NCBI GenBank assembly: GCA_965226795.1
Contig: CBDDDZ010000004.1
Span: forward strand, 160,001 to 224,000
Length of the DNA: 64,000 nucleotides
Direction: 5' to 3'
DNA from: Candidatus Latescibacterota bacterium
GTDB taxonomy: Bacteria > Latescibacterota > UBA2968 > GCA-2709665
This document shows, piece after piece, positions 1-9,378 of the stretch (position 1 is its first letter; each line of letters begins with the position of its first letter). The position numbers and the translations under genes were made by a program. A model generated the notes under the pieces. The model was not told the origin of the DNA, ran no database searches, and saw nothing but the letters and a program-made list of their open reading frames with translations.

Positions 1-1
1 C

Positions 2-142
2 GGGAAGGGGCTTGTCCGGCTGGCCGATCGCTGCGGCGAGGATTTCGAGTCCGGCGTACTCCTCTACGCAGGCCGCGATCGACTCCCGTTGGCCGACAAG
101 CGCATAATCGCAGTGCCGTTGAGCGAATTGTGGGAGCGGTAG
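2..142 (+). CDS. 3' end of an AAA+ ATPase / DUF4143-type protein (runs off the left edge)
   Basis: Frame 2 reads GKGLVRLADRCGEDFESGVLLYAGRDRLPLADKRIIAVPLSELWER*, resembling the C-terminus of AAA_14-DUF4143 proteins. Confidence 0.65.
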   Translation, partial: GKGLVRLADRCGEDFESGVLLYAGRDRLPLADKRIIAVPLSELWER

Positions 143-285
143 GGCCTGCCCACTCGTAGCACTGTTCGGCCCGGCTGACCGACTCGACACGTGACTTCGG
201 CGTCCCCTTCCCTATAGGTTGCCACGTCGCAGCCATTCGACAAATGGACGCTCTCTTAACCGGCAATTGGACGCTAATGAAACAA

Positions 286-393
286 ATGGACGCTAATCAT
301 TCCCTATTCATCCGCTCGCTGGCGCCCGTAATCCGGGAAGCTCTGGTCGACACGCCGGTGGTCTGTCTGCCCGGACTGCGGCAAAGCGGGTAA
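286..393 (+). pseudogene. N-terminal remnant of an AAA+ (DUF4143-type) ATPase
   Basis: MDANHSLFIRSLAPVIREALVDTPVVCLPGLRQSG*T; the Lys of the Walker A motif G-x-RQSGKT is replaced by TAA (391-393). Confidence 0.65.
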
Positions 394-398
394 ACCGC

Positions 399-530
399 CT
401 CCAGCCGCTAACGGAATCCGGATCGCTGGAAATGATCATACCGGAAAATCCAACCAGCAGCAAATAGAAATATCGAGTGACAAACAAGGGTCGGCAACTT
501 CTGTCGGAGTTGGGAGAGGACGATGTCTGA
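399..530 (+). pseudogene. C-terminal winged-helix remnant of the kind found on Fic / RecG-C-like proteins
   Basis: LQPLTESGSLEMIIPENPTSSK*KYRVTNKGRQLL matches the remembered pattern L.PL...G.LEMTIP.KP.S..QKYRLT.KG, with Q changed to TAG and no N-terminus. Confidence 0.55.
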
Positions 531-778
531 CGACAGCGCATGGAACGAGACGCTGGTAGGAAAAAAGGTGACCTACCATATTGAGTTCGATGGGCGGCTC
601 TTCCTCATGAAAACGTCCCGGCGCGATTGAAAACGTCCCGGCGCGAGTCAACGTGGAGACGGGTGAGAAGCACTTCTCACCGGAGACCGTTGAGCGCCTG
701 CAGCAAGTGGTGTGGGAACGATGCCGTCCCGTTCGCACCATTGAGACTCCGGTTTATGAATACGCGGCCCTGGCCTGA
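523..778 (+). pseudogene. YgiT/MqsA-type small antitoxin-like protein, frameshifted by a 19-bp duplication
   Basis: Removing one copy of TGAAAACGTCCCGGCGCGA (608-626 / 628-646) restores MSDDSAWNETLVGKKVTYHIEFDGRLFLIENVPARVNVETGEKHFSPETVERLQ...TPVYEYAALA*; IENVPA..C/N.ETGE is typical of YgiT-type domains. Confidence 0.7.
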
Positions 779-1000
779 AGGGCCTGCCTGCCGCGCTCAC
801 CGCGGCGCACGCAGGTCGGATTGCGATGCCGAAAGAGCGCCTATGTTGCGATATTGTGATACGACCTGCCGGGATTGCAGCCTCTCGCCGGCTTTGCGTG
901 CAGGCAGTAATAATCGATTGTTGAGCGATCAATCAAGCTTCTGTGTGAACAGTCGGGCAAACTGACCGGATGATTTTGCGCCCGGATCTGGATAAACGGT

Positions 1001-1252
1001 ATGAAGACAACGCGCTACTTCAAGGAGCAGGTGTTGCGCAAGCGCCCATACATCAATCCTCACTGGTGCGTTGACGTCATCGCCTCCCCGCTTCGACGCG
1101 AAAGACAGCCGGACGGTCGTATCCGCTTCCGGGGCCAGGTCTCCCGCCCGGGAGAAGAGATGCTACGCATTCTGCGAGTCGTAACGTTGGATGATGGTGA
1201 GACCATCCACAACGCTTTCATTGATCGCGGTTTTCGAAAGGAAAGACCATGA
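1001..1252 (+). CDS. small putative toxin (RelE/BrnT-like), partner of DUF2283 protein
   Basis: 83 aa basic protein, LRVVTLDDGETIHNAF motif; ATGA overlap with the DUF2283 gene. Confidence 0.7.
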   Translation: MKTTRYFKEQVLRKRPYINPHWCVDVIASPLRRERQPDGRIRFRGQVSRPGEEMLRILRVVTLDDGETIHNAFIDRGFRKERP

Positions 1253-1464
1253 AACTTCATTACTATCCGGAAACCGATAGCCTGTATGTCGAGTTCAAAT
1301 CCGGACCAGGGACCGAAACGCGAGAGGTTGCCAGTGGGCTGAACGTCGATCTCGACGCCAACGGAGATGTCGTAGGCTTCGACATCGACGAGGCCTCCAA
1401 GCGCCTGGACCTTTCCACACTTGAAACGGAGGCGCTGCCGGTACGCGCTTACAAGGTGGGCTGA
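1249..1464 (+). CDS. DUF2283 domain protein (putative antitoxin)
   Basis: MKLHYYPETDSLYVEF...VDLDANGDVVGFDIDEASKR is the DUF2283 pattern; acidic, 71 aa. Confidence 0.85.
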   Translation: MKLHYYPETDSLYVEFKSGPGTETREVASGLNVDLDANGDVVGFDIDEASKRLDLSTLETEALPVRAYKVG

Positions 1465-1599
1465 AGACGGACGATGATCGATTATAGACGAAAAGACTCT
1501 CTGTGGCCCGCATACCTCTCGCCTTGGAATCTTACAGTAAGACTTCTACACACAATGCGAGTATGTTTATTCACACTGCTTGAATTCGGTAAGGCGTTG

Positions 1600-1752
1600 A
1601 AATCCCCCCACCGCATCAGCCGTCGCCGGCCCTTCGACCCTTCGACAGGCTCAGGGACCGCAGGCTCAGGACAAGGCTCAGGGCCCGGCTCGGCTTCTGC
1701 CTGCCTGTCCTGCGGACGCAGGCAGGCGACTCCCCCTCAAGGGGGGAGTAAT
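1600..1752. repeat. composite/nested REP-like palindromic element
   Basis: Nested CCCTTCGAC...AGGCTCAGG units, CCTGCCTG...CAGGCAGG hairpin and CTCCCCCTCAAGGGGGGAG palindrome; the CCCTTCGACAAGCTCAGGG unit recurs near 9087. Confidence 0.65.
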
Positions 1753-1817
1753 GGGAGCGTTGGAAGGGGCATTTCCACGCATGTCCCTCCAGCGGCTTAT
1801 TCCATTCGGAGTCCTCT

Positions 1818-3230
1818 ATGACAAATGCCATTGACCACCATCGGCACGCCCGTATTCTGGTGGGCGCTGTATTATGCCTGTTTGTCCTACCCTGCAGCGC
1901 GAATCCGACGGACGGACCCCGGATGACCCTGGAGGCGTGCCTGAGGCAGGCCCTGTCCGGCAACCGCCAGCTACAGGCGGCCAGGTTCGCCGCGGAAAAG
2001 GCGAACTGGGATCGTTGGAACGCGTGGTCGCAGTTCGCGCCAAGGGTCAGCTTCAACACGGAAATTACCCGGATTGACGAACAGACGCTGGCAGAGCGGG
2101 ATTTTTCGCGGTACTTCCCTCCCGAGATCCCCGTGCCAAAGGTGGCATTCCGCACGTCATACTATTCGTCGTTTGAGGCGCACCTCCCAATCTTCGACGC
2201 GGAACTGATTAACGGCCTGTCGGTCGCGAGGACGGGACAGGCCGCAGCCGAACGGACGCGAGAGGCCATCCGGGATCAGATCCTGTACCAGGTCACATCC
2301 GGCTACCTGGAGGTGTTGAAACGCGGCGCGATGCTTGAGCTTCAGCGGGAGTTCCTCGTCCTGACCGGCCTGAACGTCGAGAAGGCCGAAAGGATGCACC
2401 GCGCGGGGAGATATTCGAAGCTGGATCTGCTACGGTGGCAGGTGGAAAACCAGCAGCAGAAAAGCAGCGTGGCCACCGGGGAGGCTGCGTTGCGAGATGC
2501 GACGGTTCGTCTGCGCCGGCTGCTAAACCTTCGTATGCTGCACTCCGGTGCGTTGGTGGACCGCATCCCGCCCCGACTCGACGTGGAGGTGACCCGGGTG
2601 GCGAGTCTGTCTGAAGATGAAATTCGGGCGCTCGTGGGCGTAGACAACCAGACATTGGTCGAGGGAAACGCCTTGCTGGCTGCCGCCGCACGGGACCGCG
2701 AACGCAGTCGCCTTGTCTACCGGGGGCAATATTCGAGCTACCTGCCCGACGTCTCTCTCAGTTATTCCACGGCCTGGCGCAGAAACGATACGCTGGCGTT
2801 GGACGACTACAGACCCTCGATGATCATGCTCAATATGTCGGTTCCCCTGTTCACCGGATTCCGCAACCTTTCACGTCTGAAATCGGCGCTCTTCAGTTAC
2901 CGGGCGCAGGATACACGCTTCTCCGATCTGGTGGACGAAACCCGGCAGACGCTCGGCGAGACGGTAAATCGGATCGTTAATCTGAAAAACCAGCGCGAAC
3001 TGATCAGGACCAGCCTGGACTTCAATGAGAACAACTACCGGATCGTCTCCCGGGAAAAGGAACTGGGGCGGGCATCGAACCTGGACGTCATCGACGCCAA
3101 GCTGAATCTGCAGAACGCCCGATTGATGGAGGTCACGACGCAGTTCGACCTTACCTCAGCGGTAATCGAGTTGAGTTATCTGATGGGCAGCCTCGACGAT
3201 CTGGTCGAAGAAATGGTGGAGTCAGAATGA
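1818..3230 (+). CDS. TolC-family outer membrane efflux protein
   Basis: Signal peptide, MTLEACLRQAL, LPDVSL, SVPLFTGF, ASNLDVIDA repeats; first gene of an RND operon. Confidence 0.9.
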   Translation: MTNAIDHHRHARILVGAVLCLFVLPCSANPTDGPRMTLEACLRQALSGNRQLQAARFAAEKANWDRWNAWSQFAPRVSFNTEITRIDEQTLAERDFSRYFPPEIPVPKVAFRTSYYSSFEAHLPIFDAELINGLSVARTGQAAAERTREAIRDQILYQVTSGYLEVLKRGAMLELQREFLVLTGLNVEKAERMHRAGRYSKLDLLRWQVENQQQKSSVATGEAALRDATVRLRRLLNLRMLHSGALVDRIPPRLDVEVTRVASLSEDEIRALVGVDNQTLVEGNALLAAAARDRERSRLVYRGQYSSYLPDVSLSYSTAWRRNDTLALDDYRPSMIMLNMSVPLFTGFRNLSRLKSALFSYRAQDTRFSDLVDETRQTLGETVNRIVNLKNQRELIRTSLDFNENNYRIVSREKELGRASNLDVIDAKLNLQNARLMEVTTQFDLTSAVIELSYLMGSLDDLVEEMVESE

Positions 3231-4336
3231 AAACCAACGAGGCAATAACATACGCCTTCGCCGCTCTTTGCTGCTGCCTGCTTTCGTGCGGTCCGCACGA
3301 GGACTCCGATGCCGGCGGATCGGCCGACCGGGGCGCGGAAACCCTGCGGGCGGTCCCGGTCGAGGCCAGGGTTGTGCGGCTTGAAAACGTGGAGGAGGCT
3401 GTTGAGGTCTCGGGCGTTATCGTTCCGCACCGGGCGGTCGACGTGGTCACTGAGACCGGCGGGAAACTCACGCAGATCAGGGCCGAGGTCGGGGGCCGCG
3501 TTCGGTCCGGAGACACCCTCGCGGTGATCGACGACCGCGTGGCCAGGGCCCGGCTGGAACACGCGATGGCGCAGGTCCTTTCCTCCGAGAACAAACTGGA
3601 GATCGCACGGCTGAACTTCGAGAGCGACCGTCAACTGTTCGAACACGAGGACATTTCCAGGCTGTCCTTCGAGAATTCCCGGCTTGCCGTTAAGGCTGCA
3701 GAGGCCGATCTGAAGTCGAATCAGGCTGATCTGAGTCGTGCTCGTAAGGGATTTGAGGACACGCGGCTGACCAGCCCGATCGACGGATGGATATCCAGAA
3801 AACACGTCGAGTTGGGCGCGATGACATCGACCGGAGCTACGACGTATCGGGTGGTGAATCTGGACACGATGAAAGTCATACTCGGTATCCCGCAGACCGC
3901 CATCGGCCGCGTACAGGAAGGCGGGCCCGTACGCATTACCGTTGCCGCGCTGGGAGACCGGACCTTCGATGGTTACGTCCGCTACATCTCCCCCCAGGCC
4001 GAGGAGACTACCGGCGCGTTTCCCGTTGAGGTCCACCTGACAAATACGACCGACATGTCCATTCGCGCGGGAATGTCGGCCCGGTGCCGCGTGATACTGG
4101 ACAATTCAAGTCTCCAGTTCGTTGTCCCGGGCAACGCGGTCGTCGCCAGGGACGGGAAGGAGCATGTCTATCGGATCCGGGATGGCATCGCACGGCTTAC
4201 CGAGGTGAAAACGCGGGAAACGTTCGGTTCCCTTGTCGCCGTGGAAACGGGTCTTACGGAGGGGGATACGATTGTCGTGGAGGGCATGAATCGCCTGGGG
4301 GCTGCAACACACGTGGCGATTCGCGCTATACGATGA
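3227..4336 (+). CDS. RND periplasmic adaptor (membrane fusion protein), lipoprotein
   Basis: Lipobox LLSC, LTSPIDG, RAGMSA, GLTEGDTIVVEG; overlaps the TolC stop. Confidence 0.92.
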   Translation: MKTNEAITYAFAALCCCLLSCGPHEDSDAGGSADRGAETLRAVPVEARVVRLENVEEAVEVSGVIVPHRAVDVVTETGGKLTQIRAEVGGRVRSGDTLAVIDDRVARARLEHAMAQVLSSENKLEIARLNFESDRQLFEHEDISRLSFENSRLAVKAAEADLKSNQADLSRARKGFEDTRLTSPIDGWISRKHVELGAMTSTGATTYRVVNLDTMKVILGIPQTAIGRVQEGGPVRITVAALGDRTFDGYVRYISPQAEETTGAFPVEVHLTNTTDMSIRAGMSARCRVILDNSSLQFVVPGNAVVARDGKEHVYRIRDGIARLTEVKTRETFGSLVAVETGLTEGDTIVVEGMNRLGAATHVAIRAIR

Positions 4337-4381
4337 GTCGAAAGCCCATCGGAGGGTTCTGGTACGTGAGGCATTCCTGAT

Positions 4382-7300
4382 ATGTCGATAGCAAAATTCT
4401 CGGTCCGGAACCCGGTATTTGTGAACCTGGTCATGGTCGGGCTGTTCTGTTTCGGCGGCATCTGTCTCTTAAGTATGCCGCAGGAATTGAATCCGCAGAT
4501 AGACTTCAACTGGGTGACTATCGCGATCTCGTACCCGGGCGCGAGTCCCGAAGAGGTGGAGAGCCTGATTGTGGACCCGATCGAGGCGGAGATCCACGAT
4601 CTGGACAAGATCGATGAGCTGAAGTCCACGGCTGCCGAGGGGCTGGCCCTGGTCCTCGTCAAGTTCGAAGACATGCCGGAGTCCGAGTTCAGGGAGATTT
4701 ACACCGATCTGAAGGGTCGTATCGACCGGGTGGCGCTTCCGGCGGAAGCTGAGGATCCCGAGATCGACGACTTCGACAGCGGCGATTTTCTCCCGATACT
4801 CACGGTCAACATGGCATTTACGATCCCCGGGGAAAATGCCCAGATTGTCGCCGACGATCTCGAAGAGGACCTGAAGAATATCTCCGGCGTTGCCAAGGTC
4901 CAGATTGCCGGCCTGCCTGAGCGTGAAATATGGGTCGAGGTCGATCCGTCCAGGCTGGCTGCCCGCGGTCTTACGATCCTGGACGTGGTTCGGGCGATGA
5001 AGGCGAGAAATCTGAACGTACCTGGCGGAGTCCTCACGCACGGCGCCAAGGAATACGCGATCCGCTCCCTGGCCGAGTTCCGGAACGTGGACGAGATCCG
5101 CGAGACAATCATCCGGGCTACACCGGGCGGGGACGCCTTGAGAATCAGTGACGTCGCGAGGGTCCGGGATCGCCGCGAAGAGCCCGAAGTCCTCTCTCGA
5201 TTGAACGGCAACCCGTCCATCACGTTTTCTCTGTCGAAGAAGAGCGACGCGAACACAAACGACGTGATCCTCGCGGTCAAGGAAACCGTCGGCCACTATG
5301 AGCGCCGGGTACCGGACGGGATCAGCTTCAGCTTTACCGACGACAACTCCGTCTACATCAACCGCGTGATCAACGCGCTTCGGAACAACGCGATCACCGG
5401 GATGATACTTATCTCGCTCGTGCTCTGGCTCTTCCTGGGATCCTGGAACGCCTTTCTGGTAACGCTTGGGATACCCATCTCGTTCTTCATTACCTTCATC
5501 CTGCTGAGCGTTTTCGGTTACACAATAAACGGGAGCACGCTGTTCGCAATGGTGATGGTGTTGGGCATCATCGTGGATGACGCCATCATCGTGATCGAGA
5601 ACTGTCACCGTTACCGGCTGCAGGGCCGCAGCGCCGGCGAATCCGCGATCCTCGGGACGGGCGAAGTGACAACGCCGATCCTCAGTTCGGTCGGCACCAA
5701 CATCGCGGCCTTCCTCCCGTTGATCCTCCTGCCGGGCGTGATGGGCAAGTTCATGCGCATCATCCCGCTGACCTTCGCCCTGGCACTGGCCGCATCCGTG
5801 TTCGAAGCTTTCGTTCTGCTGCCTTCCCACTACGCGGAATGGACGAGGCGTTCCAATGCCCACAAACGGGGTGAACAGCCGTTCTTCAAGAGACTTCGAA
5901 GGATCTACGGGCGTCTGCTGATACGCACGCTGCGTCGGCGCTACTGGGTCATCGGATGTCTTGTCGTTGTGCTGATCGGGGCTGTGATGCTCATTCCGCT
6001 TCTCGGGGTGGATTTTTATTCCGACGAGGAATTCGACGCTTTCAAGGTACTCATCAAGTTCCCCGAAGGGACGAGCCTGTACGAGTCGGATCGCGTCACC
6101 CGCGCCTACGAGGCCGAGGCGCGGGGGCTTTCCGATGAGGATATCGAGGCCGTGGTCACGAACGTCGGCCTCCTTCAGAGCAACAACGAGTGGCTGACCC
6201 GGAAGAGCGTCTCCCAGGTCCTCGTACAACTGAAGCCCAGGGAGGAGCGAGTGAGGATGTCGGACGATCTGATCGCCATGCTCCGGGAGCGCACGGAACA
6301 CATCGCCGGAGCCACATCGGTCAACTTTGAGAAATTTACCGGCGGACCGCCTGTGGGCAAGCCGATCTCGGTGAAGGTTCAGGGTCGTTATCTCGAACGG
6401 TTGAAGGCAGCGGCGCTTGTGCTGCAGGATTCGTTACGCCGCATTCCCGGCGCGCTCGAGGTGACCGACGACTTCCCGCCCGGCAAGGAGGCGATCCGGA
6501 TCGAAGTGGACGAAGTGCGCGCGGCCCTTTACGGATTCTCGGCGCAGGAGGTGGCTCTCAACGTTCGATACGCGTTCGACGGCGTCGAGGCGACGAAATT
6601 CCGGGACGGAGACGAAGAGGTGGGCGTCATCGTGCAGTACGACCAGGCCAAACGGTCGACCGTGGACGACGTATTGAACGTGCAGGTAACGAACGCAGGC
6701 GGGAGCACGGTCGCACTGCGGGACATGGTCTCCTTCTCGATCGGTCCCGGACACACGGAGATTAGCCGCTTCGACCGGAAGCGGACCATCATGGTCACCG
6801 GGGAGATCGACGAAGACACAACGACGGTGGATCAAATCAGCGACAGACTGCTTGAGATCTTTCCGTCGATCGAAGCTCAGTTTTCCGGCGTAAACTTCGA
6901 GATCGGGGGCGAGTTTACGGATTTCATGGAAGCGTTCGAAGATATCGCGTCACTGTTCGCCATCAGCCTGATTCTGATGTTTGTGATCCTCGGAACGCAG
7001 TTCAACTCGTACGCTCAGCCGCTGGTCATCCTGACTGCCGTACCGTTCGCGATCATCGGCGCGTCACTCGGCTTGTTGATTTCAGGTAATCCGTTCAGCT
7101 TGATTTCGCTCTTCGGTTTCGTCGCCCTGGCGGGAATCGTCGTAAACGACGCCATTGTGATGGTCGCTTTCATTAACAGACGGAGACAGACCGGCGGGTC
7201 CGTGACGAACATCTGGCGGAGCATCGTGAACGCGGGGCGTTTGCGACTGCGACCGATCATTCTGACTTCGGTAACAACGATATCCGGCCTGATGCCGATG

Positions 7301-7504
7301 GCGGTCGGCATCGGAGGAAAGTCGGCCCTCTGGTCCCCGCTGGCGAACGTGATCCTTTTTGGATTGCTCGTCTCCACCGTCCTGACGTTATTTGTCATTC
7401 CCTGTTTCATGGCGGTCCTGGATGATATCAAACGGGAGCGGAAAAAGGCGCAGCGAGATTCGATGCGGAGGGTCGGAAGAGGGCGCCTCTTTCCGAGTAC
7501 CTGA
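4382..7504 (+). CDS. RND efflux permease (AcrB/AcrD/AcrF family)
   Basis: 1040 aa; YPGASPEEVE, GIIVDDAIIVIEN, RLRPIILTSVTT motifs. Confidence 0.95.
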   Translation: MSIAKFSVRNPVFVNLVMVGLFCFGGICLLSMPQELNPQIDFNWVTIAISYPGASPEEVESLIVDPIEAEIHDLDKIDELKSTAAEGLALVLVKFEDMPESEFREIYTDLKGRIDRVALPAEAEDPEIDDFDSGDFLPILTVNMAFTIPGENAQIVADDLEEDLKNISGVAKVQIAGLPEREIWVEVDPSRLAARGLTILDVVRAMKARNLNVPGGVLTHGAKEYAIRSLAEFRNVDEIRETIIRATPGGDALRISDVARVRDRREEPEVLSRLNGNPSITFSLSKKSDANTNDVILAVKETVGHYERRVPDGISFSFTDDNSVYINRVINALRNNAITGMILISLVLWLFLGSWNAFLVTLGIPISFFITFILLSVFGYTINGSTLFAMVMVLGIIVDDAIIVIENCHRYRLQGRSAGESAILGTGEVTTPILSSVGTNIAAFLPLILLPGVMGKFMRIIPLTFALALAASVFEAFVLLPSHYAEWTRRSNAHKRGEQPFFKRLRRIYGRLLIRTLRRRYWVIGCLVVVLIGAVMLIPLLGVDFYSDEEFDAFKVLIKFPEGTSLYESDRVTRAYEAEARGLSDEDIEAVVTNVGLLQSNNEWLTRKSVSQVLVQLKPREERVRMSDDLIAMLRERTEHIAGATSVNFEKFTGGPPVGKPISVKVQGRYLERLKAAALVLQDSLRRIPGALEVTDDFPPGKEAIRIEVDEVRAALYGFSAQEVALNVRYAFDGVEATKFRDGDEEVGVIVQYDQAKRSTVDDVLNVQVTNAGGSTVALRDMVSFSIGPGHTEISRFDRKRTIMVTGEIDEDTTTVDQISDRLLEIFPSIEAQFSGVNFEIGGEFTDFMEAFEDIASLFAISLILMFVILGTQFNSYAQPLVILTAVPFAIIGASLGLLISGNPFSLISLFGFVALAGIVVNDAIVMVAFINRRRQTGGSVTNIWRSIVNAGRLRLRPIILTSVTTISGLMPMAVGIGGKSALWSPLANVILFGLLVSTVLTLFVIPCFMAVLDDIKRERKKAQRDSMRRVGRGRLFPST

Positions 7505-7614
7505 GGATTACTCACGGTCTGGCGGACATTCAAAGGCAGAACAAGGAGGCAAATTCCAGGCGAAATTAGATTCTCCTCGAATCGGCACGTCGGTCCGAAC
7601 GGTACACTCGCGTG

Positions 7615-7782
7615 TTAGCAGTCCGTTGATAAAGTCGCTCTGCAGGCGAGGCCGAGTCATTGTGGCCGAAGACAAGGCGCGCGACCGCGTCGAATCGGGG
7701 GATTCGGGGAGGGAGTGCAACGCAGTAATTCGGCCACAAGGGCCGGACGCAGCCCGGATGGACTTTTTCAACGGGCTGTTAA
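7615..7782. mobile_element. MITE (non-autonomous element) with ~22-bp imperfect terminal inverted repeats
   Basis: Left end TTAGCAGTCCGTTGATAAAGTC vs reverse complement of right end TTAACAGCCCGTTGAAAAAGTC; internal TGTGGCCGAA/TTCGGCCACA stem; shorter sibling at 47651. Confidence 0.8.
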
Positions 7783-7985
7783 GCCCGGAGAAACACGGAA
7801 CTATTCCTGAGCTGATAAATCATAGAACAACGCCGCCAATTGAGTTGGAGCGACACGAGCAATGCGCCATGTTGGGAGTTTGTTGCTGTCCTGGCGGAGC
7901 GTAACGCCCGCAAACGACAGGATAAGGAAGTTCCCATTGAGGTAGCGTCTACAATGTGACGCACGGACGAAGACAGGAGGTCCCT

Positions 7986-8828
7986 ATGAATGAACACGAT
8001 TCCATACTAACGATCCGTTTCGATGGCACTGGAGTTGGTCCGGGGAAAATTCCTGTCTCTCATTTGCTGCGATTTCTTTCCAATTTCAACAAAGTACTTC
8101 ATCGGACCGGCAGAGTGTTGCAGGGCGATGCCGAGAGCTTGCGACGAGGCCAACCGCCTCAGCGCATTACGTCAGAAGTGGAGCTTGAGTTGGTATCTCT
8201 TACGCCGGGAAGCCAAGCAGCGGTATTGGCCTTCGATCGCGTACAGCAGCACCTCAACTTTCCCGGGATGGATTTTGGCCTGCAAATCCTGGAAAGCGCC
8301 ATCGGCGGACTGGAAATGGTCCAGCGGCAAAATGCCAAAAACACATACCCGGCGGGATACGACTCCGGTGTATTGATGGCGTGGCGTGATCTCGGAAAAC
8401 TCTTCAGGCATGGAATCGACAAGATCGAGTTTACGCTGACCCATTCACAGAAGGCTGCCCAGACGTCTTTAACGCCACAGGGCGTTATACAAATCAAAGA
8501 GAGAATCACGGGACCGCAGGTAAACATCCGGGAGATTGAAGGCCGGCTGTTGATGGCAGACTTCAAGGAGGACGGCACGAGGTTCCGTGTGCAGAGGTTG
8601 GATGACCTGCAAAACGAAGCCACCGACTTACTGCCTCGAGGGACGCCAATTTCACAATCATTTTGGAAATCGCCAACAATCCAGGAGTTGGCGCGTTCGC
8701 AGAATGTGCAGCCAATGGCGAACGTCAGGACGCTGTTTGGAACCTGGCCGGATGAGGAAAACGACGGTTTCGAGGCTGCAATTGACCAACTGCGACAACG
8801 TGGCGGTGAGACAGGTCCTCGGCCATGA
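7986..8828 (+). CDS. hypothetical protein upstream of a PIN gene
   Basis: AGGAGG RBS before ATG 7986; 280 aa; stop overlaps the PIN start (ATGA). Confidence 0.75.
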   Translation: MNEHDSILTIRFDGTGVGPGKIPVSHLLRFLSNFNKVLHRTGRVLQGDAESLRRGQPPQRITSEVELELVSLTPGSQAAVLAFDRVQQHLNFPGMDFGLQILESAIGGLEMVQRQNAKNTYPAGYDSGVLMAWRDLGKLFRHGIDKIEFTLTHSQKAAQTSLTPQGVIQIKERITGPQVNIREIEGRLLMADFKEDGTRFRVQRLDDLQNEATDLLPRGTPISQSFWKSPTIQELARSQNVQPMANVRTLFGTWPDEENDGFEAAIDQLRQRGGETGPRP

Positions 8829-8989
8829 GCGAATCACGGGTCATCCTCGACACGAATATAGTTTCATATCTGATGAAAGGCGGCAAGCTTGCTGCGGCGT
8901 ATGAGCCACATCTCCGGAGTCGTTTACTCGTAATCACTTTTGTCACCGTCGGCGAGCTTTACTTCGGAGCGGAGAAACAAGGCTTATGA
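8825..8989 (+). pseudogene. truncated PIN-domain (VapC-like) toxin
   Basis: MSESRVILDTNIVSYLMKG...FVTVGELYFGAEKQGL*; LDTN and ELY.G motifs present but only 54 aa, ending at a REP-like cluster. Confidence 0.8.
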
Positions 8990-9003
8990 TCGGCCAAACT
9001 TTC

Positions 9004-9262
9004 ATTCTGAGCGCAGTCGAAGATCGCATACCGAAGCGTGGTCATTGAGCTTGTCGAAATGCCCGCGCTTCGCTACCCTGCGCCGACCCTTCGACAAGCT
9101 CAGGGAGCGGCTCAGGGTGCAAGCGCACATCCGTAGATGCCGCCGCTTGAAGAGGGAGCGGAGGTGCTGCCTGGCAGGTTGGACTCAGTGACAGACGTTC
9201 GGTATCATCCCACGCGAGCAGAAGATGCTGTCGTCAGCCTGACGGCGTCCTCAGCATGACAG
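9004..9262. repeat. REP-like repeat cluster
   Basis: CTGAGCGCAGTCGAAG, TGAGCTTGTCGAA / TTCGACAAGCTCAG inverted pair, and a CAGCATGACA-type end; same family as 1630-1690. Confidence 0.6.
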
Positions 9263-9378
9263 TGCGTGCGCACGTCTGACGGACGCATTTCGCTGATGTT
9301 TCGGCGGCGCATAGTAGAGTCCTACAGTTTCGGTTGCGGCTGAGCATAGCGATGCCGCGCTACGTAAAGGAGGATTGA

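Noticed and set aside
608..646. 19-bp direct repeat as a mini-CRISPR
   Set aside because: Only two copies 1 bp apart, no spacer and no cas genes; explained as a duplication inside a gene.
4469..6301. Long antisense ORFs (also 19600-21174, 53443-55719, 11270-12484)
   Set aside because: They shadow well-supported genes in GC-rich DNA and contain no recognisable motifs.
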